Source: Longimicrobiales bacterium | GTDB lineage: Bacteria > Gemmatimonadota > Gemmatimonadetes > Longimicrobiales > Gaopeijiaceae | NCBI GenBank assembly: GCA_965219445.1 | Contig: CBDCNQ010000005.1 | Span: forward strand, 1,344,001 to 1,408,000 | Direction of reading: 5' to 3' | Length of the DNA stretch: 64,000 nucleotides | Shown here: positions 20,164 through 30,926 of the stretch, piece after piece | Position numbering within the stretch: position 1 is the first letter of the stretch | Layout of the letters: each line of letters starts with the position of its first letter | The notes under the pieces: generated by a model | Databases searched by the model: none | Told to the model about the DNA's origin: nothing | The model's input: only the letters and a program-made list of their open reading frames with translations | Translations under genes and position numbers: made by a program

Positions 20164-21528
20164 ATGACTTGGATCAAACTGGACCCGATAACACGTAAGC
20201 GAATCGAGCGTTTTCGGCGCATCAAGCGCGGATACTACTCCTTCATAATACTTGTTCTGGCTGTTGGCCTGTCAGTCTTTGCTCCGTACCTCGCAGAGAG
20301 CCGCGCTCTTCTCGTCTGGTATGAAGGGCGCCTTTACTTCCCGACCTTCGAATACCTCCCCATGGAGATCTTCGACCAAGAGCCACCGCCTGCTTGGTCA
20401 ATGGGGGATATCGAGACGGAGTACCTTCGCCTCAAACGGGAGTGGGACCTTGAGCGCCAGCTGCACGACCGTGAGCTGACGGCGCTCGAGGATAGCCCGG
20501 CGGCTCGCGCAGTATTGGAAATACGATATCCGAATCGAGGAAACTTCGTTTTGATGCCTCTGGTCCCATGGGATCCCTACCAAAACGATTTTTGGTATAA
20601 CGAGATCTTGAATGAGATTCAGGTTCTCCTCGACCGAGGCGAGGACATGGAGGCGGCGCGGCTGGCGCGACGCGACCGTCTCGTAGAGCTAGCAAACGCG
20701 ATCGAGGGCGGTCGGATCGGGGCGATGATGGCTGATCCAGACCTTTCACCTACCGGTGACCTTGGCGGTCTAGCCCGAGCCGGAGCAATGCCATCCTTGA
20801 TCGGCCTCGGAGCGCTTCCTCCGACTCCGCCCGAGTTTAGCCGGCGGCACTACCTAGGTACTGATTCCCAGGGAAGGGACGTGGCCTCACGTCTTATCTA
20901 CGGGTTCCGAATTTCGGTCTTTTTCGCGCTGTTCCTTGTAGTGATCGGGCAAGCAATTGGGACCATTGTAGGAAGCCTCCAGGGTTACCTGGGAGGCCGC
21001 TTCGACATCCTGAGCCAGCGAGTAATCGAGGTTCTGCTCGCTGTCCCCTTCCTTTACGTCGTGATCGTGATGGCAGCACTCATCGCACCTACTTTTTGGA
21101 TGCTACTCGGGCTCATGGCGATCTTCCAGTGGATCAGCATCACGTTCTTCATGAGAACAGAGATGTATCGGGAAAAGACCCGGGAATATTGCTTGGCTGC
21201 CCGCTCATATGGTGCTTCTCATGCGAGGATCATGTTCCGACACCTGCTCCCAAACTGTTTGACACCGCTCGTGACATTCACGCCCTTTGCGGTGGTGGCC
21301 GCGATCTTCGCTCTGACAGCTTTGGACTATCTAGGGTATGGTCTACCAGCGCCGACGCCCAGCTGGGGAGAGCTCATCGATCAGGCCCTTCAGCTCGAAA
21401 ACCGGGACAAGCTGTGGTTGATCCTTTCTCCTTTCGGAGCCCTCACGGCCACCCTGGTCCTGGTTGTGTTTGTAGGTGAATCTATCAGGGAGGCGTTCGA
21501 CCCGAAGCAGTATGCGAAGTATGAGTAG
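20164..21528 (+). CDS. yejE: Peptide ABC transporter permease (YejE-like)
   Basis: RFRRIKRGYYS, HYLGTDSQGRDV, HLLPN, GESIREAFDP. Confidence 0.85.
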   Translation: MTWIKLDPITRKRIERFRRIKRGYYSFIILVLAVGLSVFAPYLAESRALLVWYEGRLYFPTFEYLPMEIFDQEPPPAWSMGDIETEYLRLKREWDLERQLHDRELTALEDSPAARAVLEIRYPNRGNFVLMPLVPWDPYQNDFWYNEILNEIQVLLDRGEDMEAARLARRDRLVELANAIEGGRIGAMMADPDLSPTGDLGGLARAGAMPSLIGLGALPPTPPEFSRRHYLGTDSQGRDVASRLIYGFRISVFFALFLVVIGQAIGTIVGSLQGYLGGRFDILSQRVIEVLLAVPFLYVVIVMAALIAPTFWMLLGLMAIFQWISITFFMRTEMYREKTREYCLAARSYGASHARIMFRHLLPNCLTPLVTFTPFAVVAAIFALTALDYLGYGLPAPTPSWGELIDQALQLENRDKLWLILSPFGALTATLVLVVFVGESIREAFDPKQYAKYE

Positions 21529-21564
21529 GCTCAACGGAGGCCGACCGAAAGAGAGGAGGGTAGG

Positions 21565-23466
21565 ATGAGAGGAACGCGTTGGGTCATTTATGCGGTTGCC
21601 GCAGGGATCCTAGGTCCCTCTGGGATTCTCGCCCAAGCGGAGGGCGCCAACGAGACAAACGGGCTACCCGAAAACATCGTTTGGGAGACGAACAACGACG
21701 ATCCTCTAATCGGTTCCCCAGAAGCGATTCGCGGAGGGACATTCAACACTTGGATCGGCTCTTATCCGCTTACGTTCCGCCTGATGGGACCAAACTCCAA
21801 CAATGCCTTCGCAGCGTGGAACTGGGCCTTTACGTTGGCCTTCGGTCTTGTAGGGCGACACCCGGTCACGGACGACTTCTTTCCGCTCATGGCTACTCAC
21901 TGGTCGGTCCAAGAGGATCAGAGGACGATTTACTTCAGGTTGGACCCGGATGCCCGGTTCAGTGATGGTGAGCCCATAACTTCCGATGACTACGTCTTCA
22001 CGTGGGAGATGATGCGATCCGAGCACATCGTCGACCCTTATTGGAACAGTTACGCTGACCAGTTCTATGAGTTGGTCGAGGCCATCGATGACCACACCCT
22101 CCGGATCGTGGGAACCCGTCCGAGTTGGCGCCCGCTGCCCGACTATGGGGGCCTTTGGCCAACACCTTCCCATGCCATCGCGCTCGATGAGGAATGGGTC
22201 GATCGGACCACAAACGATTTCCAGATTGCAGTCGGCCCCTATGTCGTCTCCGAGGTGCAACGCGGTGAGTCAGTGACCTTCGAGCGAATCGAAGACTGGT
22301 GGGGTGATGGAAAGCGCTACTTCATCGGTCAGTTCAACTTTGATCGGGTTCATCTTCGTGTGATACCCGTTGAGCGCACGCTGGACTACCTGCGGCGGGG
22401 CGAACTCGATCTCGATATGGAAAACACCGCCAGGACTTGGAATGAGGAGTACGCCTTTGAGGCCGTCCGGAACGGGTGGGTGCGTAGGGGTCGGGTTTTC
22501 CTGGATACACCGTCCGGAGTCTACGGTCTCGCCATGAACGTCGAGGCCCCGGTCTTTCAGAACGAAGACTTCCGGAAGGCGATGCACCATCTCTTCAACT
22601 TCGAGCGCCTGAATGACAATCTCATGTTTGGGGAGTATTTCCGTCAGACCTCCTTCTTTCAGGGCACGGAGTTCGCCAATCCGGAGGTGAGACCCCGTCC
22701 GTTCGACCCAGTACTCGCACGAGAGTACTTGGAGCGCGCGGGGTATCGAAGGCCGAGCAATGTCAGAAGCGGGAGCCTCTTCGCCGGCGTCCGGAACGCT
22801 CTCCGGGGCCTGATTTTTACTCGCTCTGATGATGCGGACGTGCTCGTGAACGAGAGGGGGGAGAAGGCCCGTTTCACTCTCCTCTACGGTTCGGCCGGTC
22901 TCACGCGACATCTCACTGTTGTTCAGCAGGAGTTCCGCCGCGCGGGAGTCGATATGCGGCTGCAACTCCTCGAACCCGGCACGGCCTTCGAACGGGGCTT
23001 AGAGCGCAAGTATGAGATGACACTGATTTCCAGATCTACGAGCTACTATCCAGGCGTCCGGCAGTATCTTCACAGCGAGTTCAAGGAGACCACCAACAAC
23101 AACAACATATGGGGGTTTGGAACCGAAGAAGTGGACGAACTCATCGCGACCTATGAGGAGAGCCTCGATCCCGAGGCCCGCATCGCCGCGATGCATCGGA
23201 TCGACGAGATCGTGCACGAGGAGGCCTTCTATATCCCATTTTGGGATGCGCCCTACACTCGCTTGGTTTATTGGGACTACGTGCAATTTCCCGAATTCTA
23301 CCTCCCCAGAAGAAACCAGACGCTGAATATTACCGACTGGATGGTCTACTGGATTGATCCAGAGCGGAAGGCCCGTCTGGAGGAGGCGATGGCAAGGGGC
23401 GAGGCTTTCCCTGTTGATGAAGATCTCGACAAGGATTATTGGGGCATACGGGATCGCTTCCGGTGA
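21565..23466 (+). CDS. ABC transporter substrate-binding protein, family 5 (YejA-like)
   Basis: Signal peptide, ARFSDGEPITSDD, GPY, FNFDRV, FNFERLN. Confidence 0.85.
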   Translation: MRGTRWVIYAVAAGILGPSGILAQAEGANETNGLPENIVWETNNDDPLIGSPEAIRGGTFNTWIGSYPLTFRLMGPNSNNAFAAWNWAFTLAFGLVGRHPVTDDFFPLMATHWSVQEDQRTIYFRLDPDARFSDGEPITSDDYVFTWEMMRSEHIVDPYWNSYADQFYELVEAIDDHTLRIVGTRPSWRPLPDYGGLWPTPSHAIALDEEWVDRTTNDFQIAVGPYVVSEVQRGESVTFERIEDWWGDGKRYFIGQFNFDRVHLRVIPVERTLDYLRRGELDLDMENTARTWNEEYAFEAVRNGWVRRGRVFLDTPSGVYGLAMNVEAPVFQNEDFRKAMHHLFNFERLNDNLMFGEYFRQTSFFQGTEFANPEVRPRPFDPVLAREYLERAGYRRPSNVRSGSLFAGVRNALRGLIFTRSDDADVLVNERGEKARFTLLYGSAGLTRHLTVVQQEFRRAGVDMRLQLLEPGTAFERGLERKYEMTLISRSTSYYPGVRQYLHSEFKETTNNNNIWGFGTEEVDELIATYEESLDPEARIAAMHRIDEIVHEEAFYIPFWDAPYTRLVYWDYVQFPEFYLPRRNQTLNITDWMVYWIDPERKARLEEAMARGEAFPVDEDLDKDYWGIRDRFR

Positions 23467-24572
23467 CCCCGTCTGAAGAACACGGGCAGTCCACGGGCCA
23501 AGAGGCCGCAACCTGGCTCGCAGATTCTCCCCTCCTACAAGTCGAAGACCTCCAGGTCGCATTCGAGACTGAAGAAGGCCTCCTCCATGCCGTCGATGGC
23601 GTGTCCTTCCAAATCAGCGCAGGTCGGACTCTAGGAATCGTTGGCGAATCCGGCTGTGGGAAGAGCGTAACGGCGTCGTCGATACTTCGGCTCGTTCCGA
23701 GCCCCCCCGGTAGGATCCTGGGTGGAGAGATCCGCTTCGCGGGGAGCGACATTCTGAACATGTCCCCCGCCGAGCTGACCGGAATTCGGGGGAACGAGAT
23801 CTCGATGATCTTTCAGGATCCGATGACGTCGCTCAACCCCGTGTTCACGGTGGAGCGACAGATGGGAGAGGTCCTGAAACTTCGCTTCGGGTTAGGGAGG
23901 CCAGAGGCGCGCGCGCGTGTGGCCGAGATGCTCCGAACCGTTGGGATCGCGGACCCGGAATCGCGCCTCATTGCTTATCCGCACGAACTCTCCGGAGGGA
24001 TGAAGCAACGGGTCATGATCGCAATGGCACTGTTGTGCGAGCCCAAACTCCTCATCGCCGATGAGCCGACGACTGCCCTGGACGTGACGATCCAAGCCCA
24101 GATCCTCCGCCTGATAAAGGACCTGCAGGCGAACACCGGAGCGGCCGTCCTCCTCATCACGCACGACATGGGGGTCGTTGCAGGAACCTGTGATGAGGTG
24201 GCGGTCATGTATGCGGGGCAAGTGGTTGAGCAGGGTTCCATCATCGAGATCTTCGAGCGGAGCCGGCACCCGTACACGCGAGGTCTGCTAGAGAGCGTTC
24301 CCAAGAAGGGAGTGCCAAAGAAATCCGAGTTGCCGACGATCGAAGGGCTCGTCCCCTCACTACTCCGGCCCCCGAAGGGTTGCCGCTTTGCTCCACGCTG
24401 CTGGAAACGACGAGGACTCGGGGACGACGACCAGCGTCGGTGCCTCGAGGGAAATCCGACGCTTCGGCCGTCGGGGGAAGGACGTGTCGCGTGCCATTTC
24501 CCGCTCGGGGAGGACGACCGGATGCCTCTTCAGCCTGCCGTGTCCTCCTCAGAGGCAGTGCGTGAACACTGA
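23463..24572 (+). CDS. Oligopeptide ABC transporter ATPase (DppD/OppD-like)
   Basis: [25 protein letters not shown]-terminal Cys motif. GTG start overlaps the upstream stop. Confidence 0.92.
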   Translation: MTPSEEHGQSTGQEAATWLADSPLLQVEDLQVAFETEEGLLHAVDGVSFQISAGRTLGIVGESGCGKSVTASSILRLVPSPPGRILGGEIRFAGSDILNMSPAELTGIRGNEISMIFQDPMTSLNPVFTVERQMGEVLKLRFGLGRPEARARVAEMLRTVGIADPESRLIAYPHELSGGMKQRVMIAMALLCEPKLLIADEPTTALDVTIQAQILRLIKDLQANTGAAVLLITHDMGVVAGTCDEVAVMYAGQVVEQGSIIEIFERSRHPYTRGLLESVPKKGVPKKSELPTIEGLVPSLLRPPKGCRFAPRCWKRRGLGDDDQRRCLEGNPTLRPSGEGRVACHFPLGEDDRMPLQPAVSSSEAVREH

Positions 24573-25566
24573 AGCCGAGCCCATCCTCTCGGTGGAGGGG
24601 CTGAAGAAGCATTACGCCGTACGGGGGGGTGTGTTTGGGGGGCGGGTCGGCGAAGTCCGAGCCGTGGACGGGGTCTCGTTCTCGGTCCAAAGAGGAGACA
24701 CGCTCGGTTTGGTCGGTGAGTCCGGCTGCGGAAAATCGACTCTTGGCCGAGCCTTGAACCGTCTGGAGGAGCCGACTGCGGGAACCGTCCTATTCGAAGG
24801 AAAGGATCTCGCTCAGGCAAAGGGTCGGGCCCTACTTCAACTCCGTAGGGACATTCAGATGATCTTTCAGGACCCCTACTCCTCACTCAACCCGAGAATG
24901 ACGATCGGTGAGATCGTGCGGGAACCCCTGCTCGTGCACCGCGTGGGAACGAAAGCCGAGCAGATGGAGGCGGTGCGCGAGCTACTCGAAATCGTGGGTT
25001 TGGCTGAGGACACGTTGGGGCGCTACCCCCACGAATTCTCGGGAGGTCAACGGCAGAGGGTTGGGCTCGCTCGGGCGCTCACGCTTGAGCCCAAGCTCGT
25101 AATCGCCGACGAGCCTGTCTCAGCGTTGGACGTATCGGTGCAAAGCCAGGTCCTGAACCTGATGGTCCGCCTGCAACGAGAGCGAAACCTTACGTATGTC
25201 TTCATCAGCCATGACCTGTCCGTCGTGGAGCATATCAGCGACACGATCGCGATCATGTATTTGGGAAGGATCGTCGAGACGGGGCCGGCCGACACAATCT
25301 TCGACCGTCCCGCTCACCCGTATACGCGCGCCCTCATCGAGGCTATTCCAGTTCCTGATCCTCGCGCGAGACACGAGGCGGTACCCCTCGAGGGAGAGGC
25401 GCCGAGCCCCGTGTCTCCCCCTCCGGGATGCCCGTTCCACCCCCGTTGTTCCTTCGCGATTCCCGAGTGCAGTGCGACCCTTCCTGTCCTCGAGCCGGTC
25501 GGAGCCTCGGGCGAGGACATCGGACGTGAGCACTTGGCAGCGTGCATCCGAAAGAGCGAGATCTAG
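24562..25566 (+). CDS. Oligopeptide ABC transporter ATPase (DppF/OppF-like)
   Basis: [32 protein letters not shown]. Confidence 0.92.
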   Translation: MNTEAEPILSVEGLKKHYAVRGGVFGGRVGEVRAVDGVSFSVQRGDTLGLVGESGCGKSTLGRALNRLEEPTAGTVLFEGKDLAQAKGRALLQLRRDIQMIFQDPYSSLNPRMTIGEIVREPLLVHRVGTKAEQMEAVRELLEIVGLAEDTLGRYPHEFSGGQRQRVGLARALTLEPKLVIADEPVSALDVSVQSQVLNLMVRLQRERNLTYVFISHDLSVVEHISDTIAIMYLGRIVETGPADTIFDRPAHPYTRALIEAIPVPDPRARHEAVPLEGEAPSPVSPPPGCPFHPRCSFAIPECSATLPVLEPVGASGEDIGREHLAACIRKSEI

Positions 25567-25581
25567 ACCGATGGGCGAGAC

Positions 25582-26406
25582 CTAGTCAGGCTTCGACGCG
25601 AGCGCGTAAATCCCCGGCATTTGTATCGTCGTCACGCGCGCTTCCGCTAGCTGCTGATTGCAGCGAGACCGGACACGGCTGGCGGTTTCATCGTCCATCT
25701 CCAGCATGGTCCGCCGCATACCACTCCCCATCACGGCCAGCCACCAGTCATCCGGGGTTGGGATGGGCACTTCTCTCGGCTCCAGTTTGACGGCGGAGGC
25801 TGTCACCCCTCCACTCGCGAGGAGGCCTCGCACCGCGTCGGGATCCTCGGTGCGCTCCCAGGAGAAGGTCAGCGAAGTCCCGGGTTTCTCGGCACGTACG
25901 GCTTCCTTCCAAAGGCCGAGCGCAGGCTGGAATGCGCCCTCTCCTAGGGTTGTGATCGCGAGCTGACCGCCCGGTTTCAGGATTCGCCAAAGAGTGGCGA
26001 CCAGGGCCGGCATGTCTGGGACGAAGAAAGCCCCGAGAACTGAAATGACCGCGTCGAAATTCTCCGGGGAAAAGTCCAGCTGTGCCATGTCTCCAAGACG
26101 GACTTCCACGTTCTCGAGCCCGTTCGCCGCCGCTCGCTCGCTCGCCATGCGTAGCATCTGATCAGAGCTATCGAGGGCGATCACCCGACCCTCCGAGCCG
26201 ACGGATTTCGCAGCGGCCACGGTCGACGCCCCGGGTCCACATGCTACGTCGAGTACGCGGCCACCCCGATGCAGCTCCATCTGATCGACGGTACGGAGAG
26301 AGAGGAACCCCCAAAACCGTTCTGAGGCTTCTCTATACTCGAGCGCTGCGTCGTCGTACGCCGGCGGCGGTGAGTTCCTCCAGAGACCTGGGGCTTGGTC
26401 ACTCAT
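25582..26406 (-). CDS. Class I SAM-dependent methyltransferase
   Basis: VLDVACGPG motif I, FDAVIS, LKPGG. Confidence 0.88.
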   Translation of the reverse strand: MSDQAPGLWRNSPPPAYDDAALEYREASERFWGFLSLRTVDQMELHRGGRVLDVACGPGASTVAAAKSVGSEGRVIALDSSDQMLRMASERAAANGLENVEVRLGDMAQLDFSPENFDAVISVLGAFFVPDMPALVATLWRILKPGGQLAITTLGEGAFQPALGLWKEAVRAEKPGTSLTFSWERTEDPDAVRGLLASGGVTASAVKLEPREVPIPTPDDWWLAVMGSGMRRTMLEMDDETASRVRSRCNQQLAEARVTTIQMPGIYALASKPD

Positions 26407-26442
26407 CGGCCGAGGACCGGCAGAGTCCAAACAACAGCAGGT

Positions 26443-27102
26443 CTACTCGATGCCCTCGGCGGCCGTCATGAGGCCCAAGTGCCTTTCCGCTTGTTCGATG
26501 CCACCTTCGCCATCTCCCCAACCGATCTGTCCATCCCCGTTCCCGTCCACGCCGGATAGGAGCTGGTTGGCCAGGGTCTGGATACGCATGGTCAGACCCT
26601 CTGCCGTCGTGTAGTCACTGGCCGCCGCCACTTGGGCCGCGAGCTCCGCGATTTCTGCCGCACGTTCAGCGACAGAGGTTGAGGCGGTCGCGATGTGGTT
26701 CGCATGGGTCTGAACTGCGTCGGACGCTCCATCGGATCCCGCTGCGAGCCCGATGTGCTGAGCGGCTCCTTCGGCGGCGGCGATGACTCCGAAGCCGAGG
26801 CCTGGACCTTCGCCCGCCTGGCTAGGATCCACAGCGTGTAGAACGTGGGCAGCATGCGTCTGCATCCACTCGAGGTTCGACACGTCCCTGGCCGCAAACG
26901 CTATGTGCTGAACCACGGTTTCTGCCTCCGCTCGTGCGGTGGGCAGGAGCCCCGCGCCGTCCGGCGCCCGGCCGAATCCCGTCGCGACGTGCCCAATGTG
27001 TGTGTGGGCGGGATTGTCCTGAACAGCCGCGGCCGGCTCGGCCGAGAGGGCGATTGCCAGGCCAATCGTGAGCAGTTGGACTGCCCGTGAGTTGGAACGC
27101 AT
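26443..27102 (-). CDS. Secreted His/Ala-rich helical hypothetical protein
   Basis: AGGAGG RBS before ATG 27102, signal peptide, spaced His residues, DGNGDGQI loop. Confidence 0.7.
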   Translation of the reverse strand: MRSNSRAVQLLTIGLAIALSAEPAAAVQDNPAHTHIGHVATGFGRAPDGAGLLPTARAEAETVVQHIAFAARDVSNLEWMQTHAAHVLHAVDPSQAGEGPGLGFGVIAAAEGAAQHIGLAAGSDGASDAVQTHANHIATASTSVAERAAEIAELAAQVAAASDYTTAEGLTMRIQTLANQLLSGVDGNGDGQIGWGDGEGGIEQAERHLGLMTAAEGIE

Positions 27103-27205
27103 CAAGAACCTCCTATCGGGTAAGACGCGAGCAAGTGCAAGTTTCTGAAAAATGGACTCCAAAGGTGATGCCACGGCCCATGGCCCGGCAAGGCTATATT
27201 CGTTG

Positions 27206-28276
27206 ATGCATCCGATCGCCACAGATCCACAGACATTTCTGGCAGTGAACCCGATCGGGGCAGCCACCGCCCTGTTTCTTCTCCGACGGTCCGCGCTCTC
27301 GACGGTCTTCGGGGCAGTGCTTCTCGGCGGATGCGGGGGAGGACCGACCGAGGGTAGCGGTCTCGAGTCTCCCGAGATCCTCGAGCCGGGAGACCATGAG
27401 TTTGCCCTGACCTTCGACAGCAGAAGCCGCTACTTCTTGGTGCATGTGCCCTCTCAGGCCATGGCTGGGGAGCCTCTTCCTGTGGTCGTGGCGCTTCACG
27501 GCGGCGGTGGCAACCCCGAACAGTTCAAGTCGGAGAACGGGGTTGATGAGGTGGCCGACGCCGCAGGATTCATCGCGGTCTATCCGGCCGGCACCGGCGT
27601 CCTTCCTCGCACGCTTCTGACCTGGAACGCGGGCACGGATTGTTGCGGGTTCGCTTTGGAACAGGACGTGGATGACGTCGGATTCCTCATGGCGGTGGTG
27701 GACGATCTGGATTCGCGGACCGAGGTGGACTCACGTCGTGTCTACTTCACGGGGCATTCAAACGGAGGCATCATGGCGTACCGGATTGCGGCCGAAGCCG
27801 CCGAGCGGGTGGCAGCCATAGCCCCAGTTGCCGGAGCCATGATGCAGGACGAGTTTTCGCCGAACCGAGCTGTCCCACTCCTCCACATCCATAGTGTAGA
27901 CGACCCCAGGGCCCTATATGAAGGGGGGCTTGGACCACCCTTTCCGATCGGTGGTGGGCAGGTTCTCCATCAGCCCGCGATGGACGGGATTTTGGCATGG
28001 GTGGCTCGAAACGGATGTGCGGTCCAGCCTCAGATCGGGGAGGAGCGAGAGGGGGGGAGCGGAACGCCAAACGAAGGACACCGAGCGGAGAGGTTGACGT
28101 GGGATCCATGCGAGACCGGGGCGCCAGTGATTCACTGGCGATTGCATGGGGTAGGCCATGGGTGGCCGGGAGTTCTCCTCTCTCCAGCGCGTGAGGAGTT
28201 GGTCGGAACGTCTACAACATTGCTCTCTGCCGCCGCCGAAGCCTGGATGTTCTTCGAAAATCACGCACTTCCCTAA
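27206..28276 (+). CDS. PHB depolymerase family esterase (LpqC-like); start uncertain
   Basis: VALHGGGG, WNAG..CC, DDVGFL, GHSNGG, GHGWPG. Confidence 0.82.
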   Translation: MHPIATDPQTFLAVNPIGAATALFLLRRSALSTVFGAVLLGGCGGGPTEGSGLESPEILEPGDHEFALTFDSRSRYFLVHVPSQAMAGEPLPVVVALHGGGGNPEQFKSENGVDEVADAAGFIAVYPAGTGVLPRTLLTWNAGTDCCGFALEQDVDDVGFLMAVVDDLDSRTEVDSRRVYFTGHSNGGIMAYRIAAEAAERVAAIAPVAGAMMQDEFSPNRAVPLLHIHSVDDPRALYEGGLGPPFPIGGGQVLHQPAMDGILAWVARNGCAVQPQIGEEREGGSGTPNEGHRAERLTWDPCETGAPVIHWRLHGVGHGWPGVLLSPAREELVGTSTTLLSAAAEAWMFFENHALP

Positions 28277-28348
28277 GCGCTCGTACGGTGGGCGGAGGGG
28301 CGCTATAGAGGTTTCACCTGGATTCTCTCACTGGTATGTTCGCCGGAC

Positions 28349-29551
28349 GTGCGAACTCGGATGACGGAGCCTGAAATGACCTGGTCCATACCTTCCGATG
28401 CCCGATGGGGCGTCACCTACATAGCAGTCGCAGGAGTTTTTTGGACCCTGGTGGGGTGTGGGGCTCCCGATCCTGAAGGCGATGCCCTCGGTGGAGAGCT
28501 CGCGGCTGATGCTGAGGCTATCTGGACTGGTTCGACCCCGGCAGGGGAATGGACGGGCGCCGAAACCGTGGACCCCTTTCCCGGTGAAGACAGCTTTTCA
28601 GCGCTGAACCAGCTTACTCACGGTGGCACGAACGCAGAAGCGTATTTTTCGGCAGACGGAGGAAGGCTGATCTTCCAGTCGACTTGGCCTGGTGTGAGCG
28701 AATGCGACCAGATGTATACCATGAATCTGGACGGCTCTGATCTCCAGCTTGTCTCGACGGGGGAGGGCCGAACCACCTGCGGATACCACTTCCCTGGTCG
28801 AGATCTCATCCTCTTCAGCTCCACTCATTTGGTGAGCGAGCAATGTCCGCCGGCGCCTGATCGAAGCCAAGGCTACGTCTGGGGTCTCTTCGATTACGAG
28901 GTATTCACCCGAGATCTGACGACTGGGGAGGTCTCCCAGCTTACCGACGCAGCTGGGTACGACGCCGAGGCCACCATCTCTCCTGACGGAGGCACGATTG
29001 TCTTCACTTCGATGCGAAGCGGAGATCTGGAGATTTGGGCAATGGACGCGGATGGATCCAACCCGCGACAGCTCACGGACGACCTGGGATACGAGGGCGG
29101 TGCGTTCTTCTCGGGGGACGGCACACAGATCGTCTACCGAGCGTTTCTTCCAAGAAATGACGAAGAGCTTTCCGACTACGAGACCCTCTTGAGTCAGAAC
29201 CTCGTCCGAGGCGGAAGGCTCGAAGTCTTCGTGATGGACGCCGATGGATCTAACAAGCGCCAAGTCACCGACAATGGGTCGTCGAACTTTGCGCCGTTCT
29301 TTCACCCCAACGGGAGGCAAATCGTCTTTAGCTCGAACACCGGTGACCCGTCGGGGCGTTCCTTCGATCTCTACGCGATCAACGTTGATGGGACCGGGCT
29401 TCGGCAGATAACCGCGAGCGGGGGATTCAACAGTTTCCCGATGTTCAGCCCAGACGGGAGGCTCTTTGCCTTTGCGTCGGACAGAGGCGCTCCGGGGCCG
29501 GGAGAGATCAATGTCTTCCTGGCCGAGCGGAGCGAGACAACCTCTCAATGA
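28349..29551 (+). CDS. TolB-like PD40-repeat beta-propeller lipoprotein
   Basis: NAEAYFS, GRTTCGY, YDAEATISPDG and repeated P.FSPDG units. Confidence 0.85.
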   Translation: MRTRMTEPEMTWSIPSDARWGVTYIAVAGVFWTLVGCGAPDPEGDALGGELAADAEAIWTGSTPAGEWTGAETVDPFPGEDSFSALNQLTHGGTNAEAYFSADGGRLIFQSTWPGVSECDQMYTMNLDGSDLQLVSTGEGRTTCGYHFPGRDLILFSSTHLVSEQCPPAPDRSQGYVWGLFDYEVFTRDLTTGEVSQLTDAAGYDAEATISPDGGTIVFTSMRSGDLEIWAMDADGSNPRQLTDDLGYEGGAFFSGDGTQIVYRAFLPRNDEELSDYETLLSQNLVRGGRLEVFVMDADGSNKRQVTDNGSSNFAPFFHPNGRQIVFSSNTGDPSGRSFDLYAINVDGTGLRQITASGGFNSFPMFSPDGRLFAFASDRGAPGPGEINVFLAERSETTSQ

Positions 29552-30876
29552 TGATGAGGATGCGATCTGGGTCCCCACCCAAGCACCTGCCCACGGGGCT
29601 CGCGACGACAGGTGCGTTGACGCTCTGCCTTGCGGCCCAAGTGAGCGCCCAGCAGGCCCCCGTCTGTCCCGATCCCTCGCCGATCGTACGCGATCTAGTC
29701 CACCCCGCTGCGGCCGTCCGATACCTCGCGGACGATGCTCTGGAGGGTCGGTTATCCGGGAGCATGGGAGAACGCTGTGCAACCCGGTACATCGCCGAAG
29801 AGTTCGAAAGAATCGGGCTGATGCCGGGAGGTGACCGCGGGAGCTACCTCCAATCCATCGAGCTGCAGAGCGCGGTGAACGCTCACGCACCTGCAGGCAC
29901 TGGAACGAATGTAGTTGGGATCCTTGAGGGTTCGGACCCCAACCTTCGCGTGGAGGCGGTGGTGCTGGGTGCGCATCACGACCACCTCGGGCACGGTGAG
30001 ATCTTTGGCTCTCTAGCCGGGCCGGAAGATGGCGATGACGACATCCACAATGGGGCCGATGACAATGCCTCGGGCGTTGGCGCTCTGCTTGCGGTCGCAG
30101 AGGCAATGGCGGTATCGCCACCGGCACGGTCGGTGGTTTTCGTCACGTTCTCCGGAGAAGAATTCGGTCTACTGGGTTCGGCGCGTTATGCCCAAGAGCC
30201 GGCGATCCCCCTGGATCGGACGGTTGCGATGCTGAACATGGACATGGTCGGGAGACTGGGGAGTGACCCGCTCATCGTAAATGGAACGGGGACTGCCGAG
30301 GAGTGGGACCCGATCCTCGATTCGTTGGAGGGTTCGCTGGGGATCGCCTTGGCTCGCTCGCCTGACGGGTTTGGCCCCAGTGATCACACTTCGTTCTACG
30401 CACGGGAAGTGCCTGTTCTGCACTTCTTTACGAATGTTCATGGCGAGTACCATCGCCCCTCGGATGAGTGGGAACTCCTGGATCAAGAAGGGCTTGATCG
30501 TGTGACGGGGCTTGTCGCCGGGGTGCTACAAATCGTCGCGAACGGCACTGTGGCTCCGACCTACGTTGCCGGTGCCGGTACGCCACCCGAAGAGCAGACC
30601 GGAGGCTACGGGGCCTATCTTGGCACGGTGCCCGACTTCGCCCCTGTAGATTTTGGTGTGCGCTTGAGCGGTGTGTCTGGTGGGTCTCCCGCAGAGGAGG
30701 CTGGACTGCAGGCCGGAGACATCCTGATCCGGCTCGGTTCCTTCGAGATCGCAGACCTGTACGTTCTCACCGACGCCCTCCAGGCTCTCGAACCAGGAAC
30801 CGAGGTTCAGGCGACTCTCCTCCGCGATGGACAGGAGATCGCGGTCCAAGTCACGTTGAGAGAGAGGGGTCGCTAG
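29548..30876 (+). CDS. M28 family metallopeptidase with C-terminal PDZ domain
   Basis: GAHHDH, GADDNASG, GEEFGLLGS, NMDMVG, SDH, then YLGTVPD...GSPAEEAGLQAGD. Confidence 0.9.
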   Translation: MMMRMRSGSPPKHLPTGLATTGALTLCLAAQVSAQQAPVCPDPSPIVRDLVHPAAAVRYLADDALEGRLSGSMGERCATRYIAEEFERIGLMPGGDRGSYLQSIELQSAVNAHAPAGTGTNVVGILEGSDPNLRVEAVVLGAHHDHLGHGEIFGSLAGPEDGDDDIHNGADDNASGVGALLAVAEAMAVSPPARSVVFVTFSGEEFGLLGSARYAQEPAIPLDRTVAMLNMDMVGRLGSDPLIVNGTGTAEEWDPILDSLEGSLGIALARSPDGFGPSDHTSFYAREVPVLHFFTNVHGEYHRPSDEWELLDQEGLDRVTGLVAGVLQIVANGTVAPTYVAGAGTPPEEQTGGYGAYLGTVPDFAPVDFGVRLSGVSGGSPAEEAGLQAGDILIRLGSFEIADLYVLTDALQALEPGTEVQATLLRDGQEIAVQVTLRERGR

Positions 30877-30926
30877 GGCAGTCCGGACGGCCGAAGCAAC
30901 GTTCGCCACTCAGCAGTGGCGCGGAT

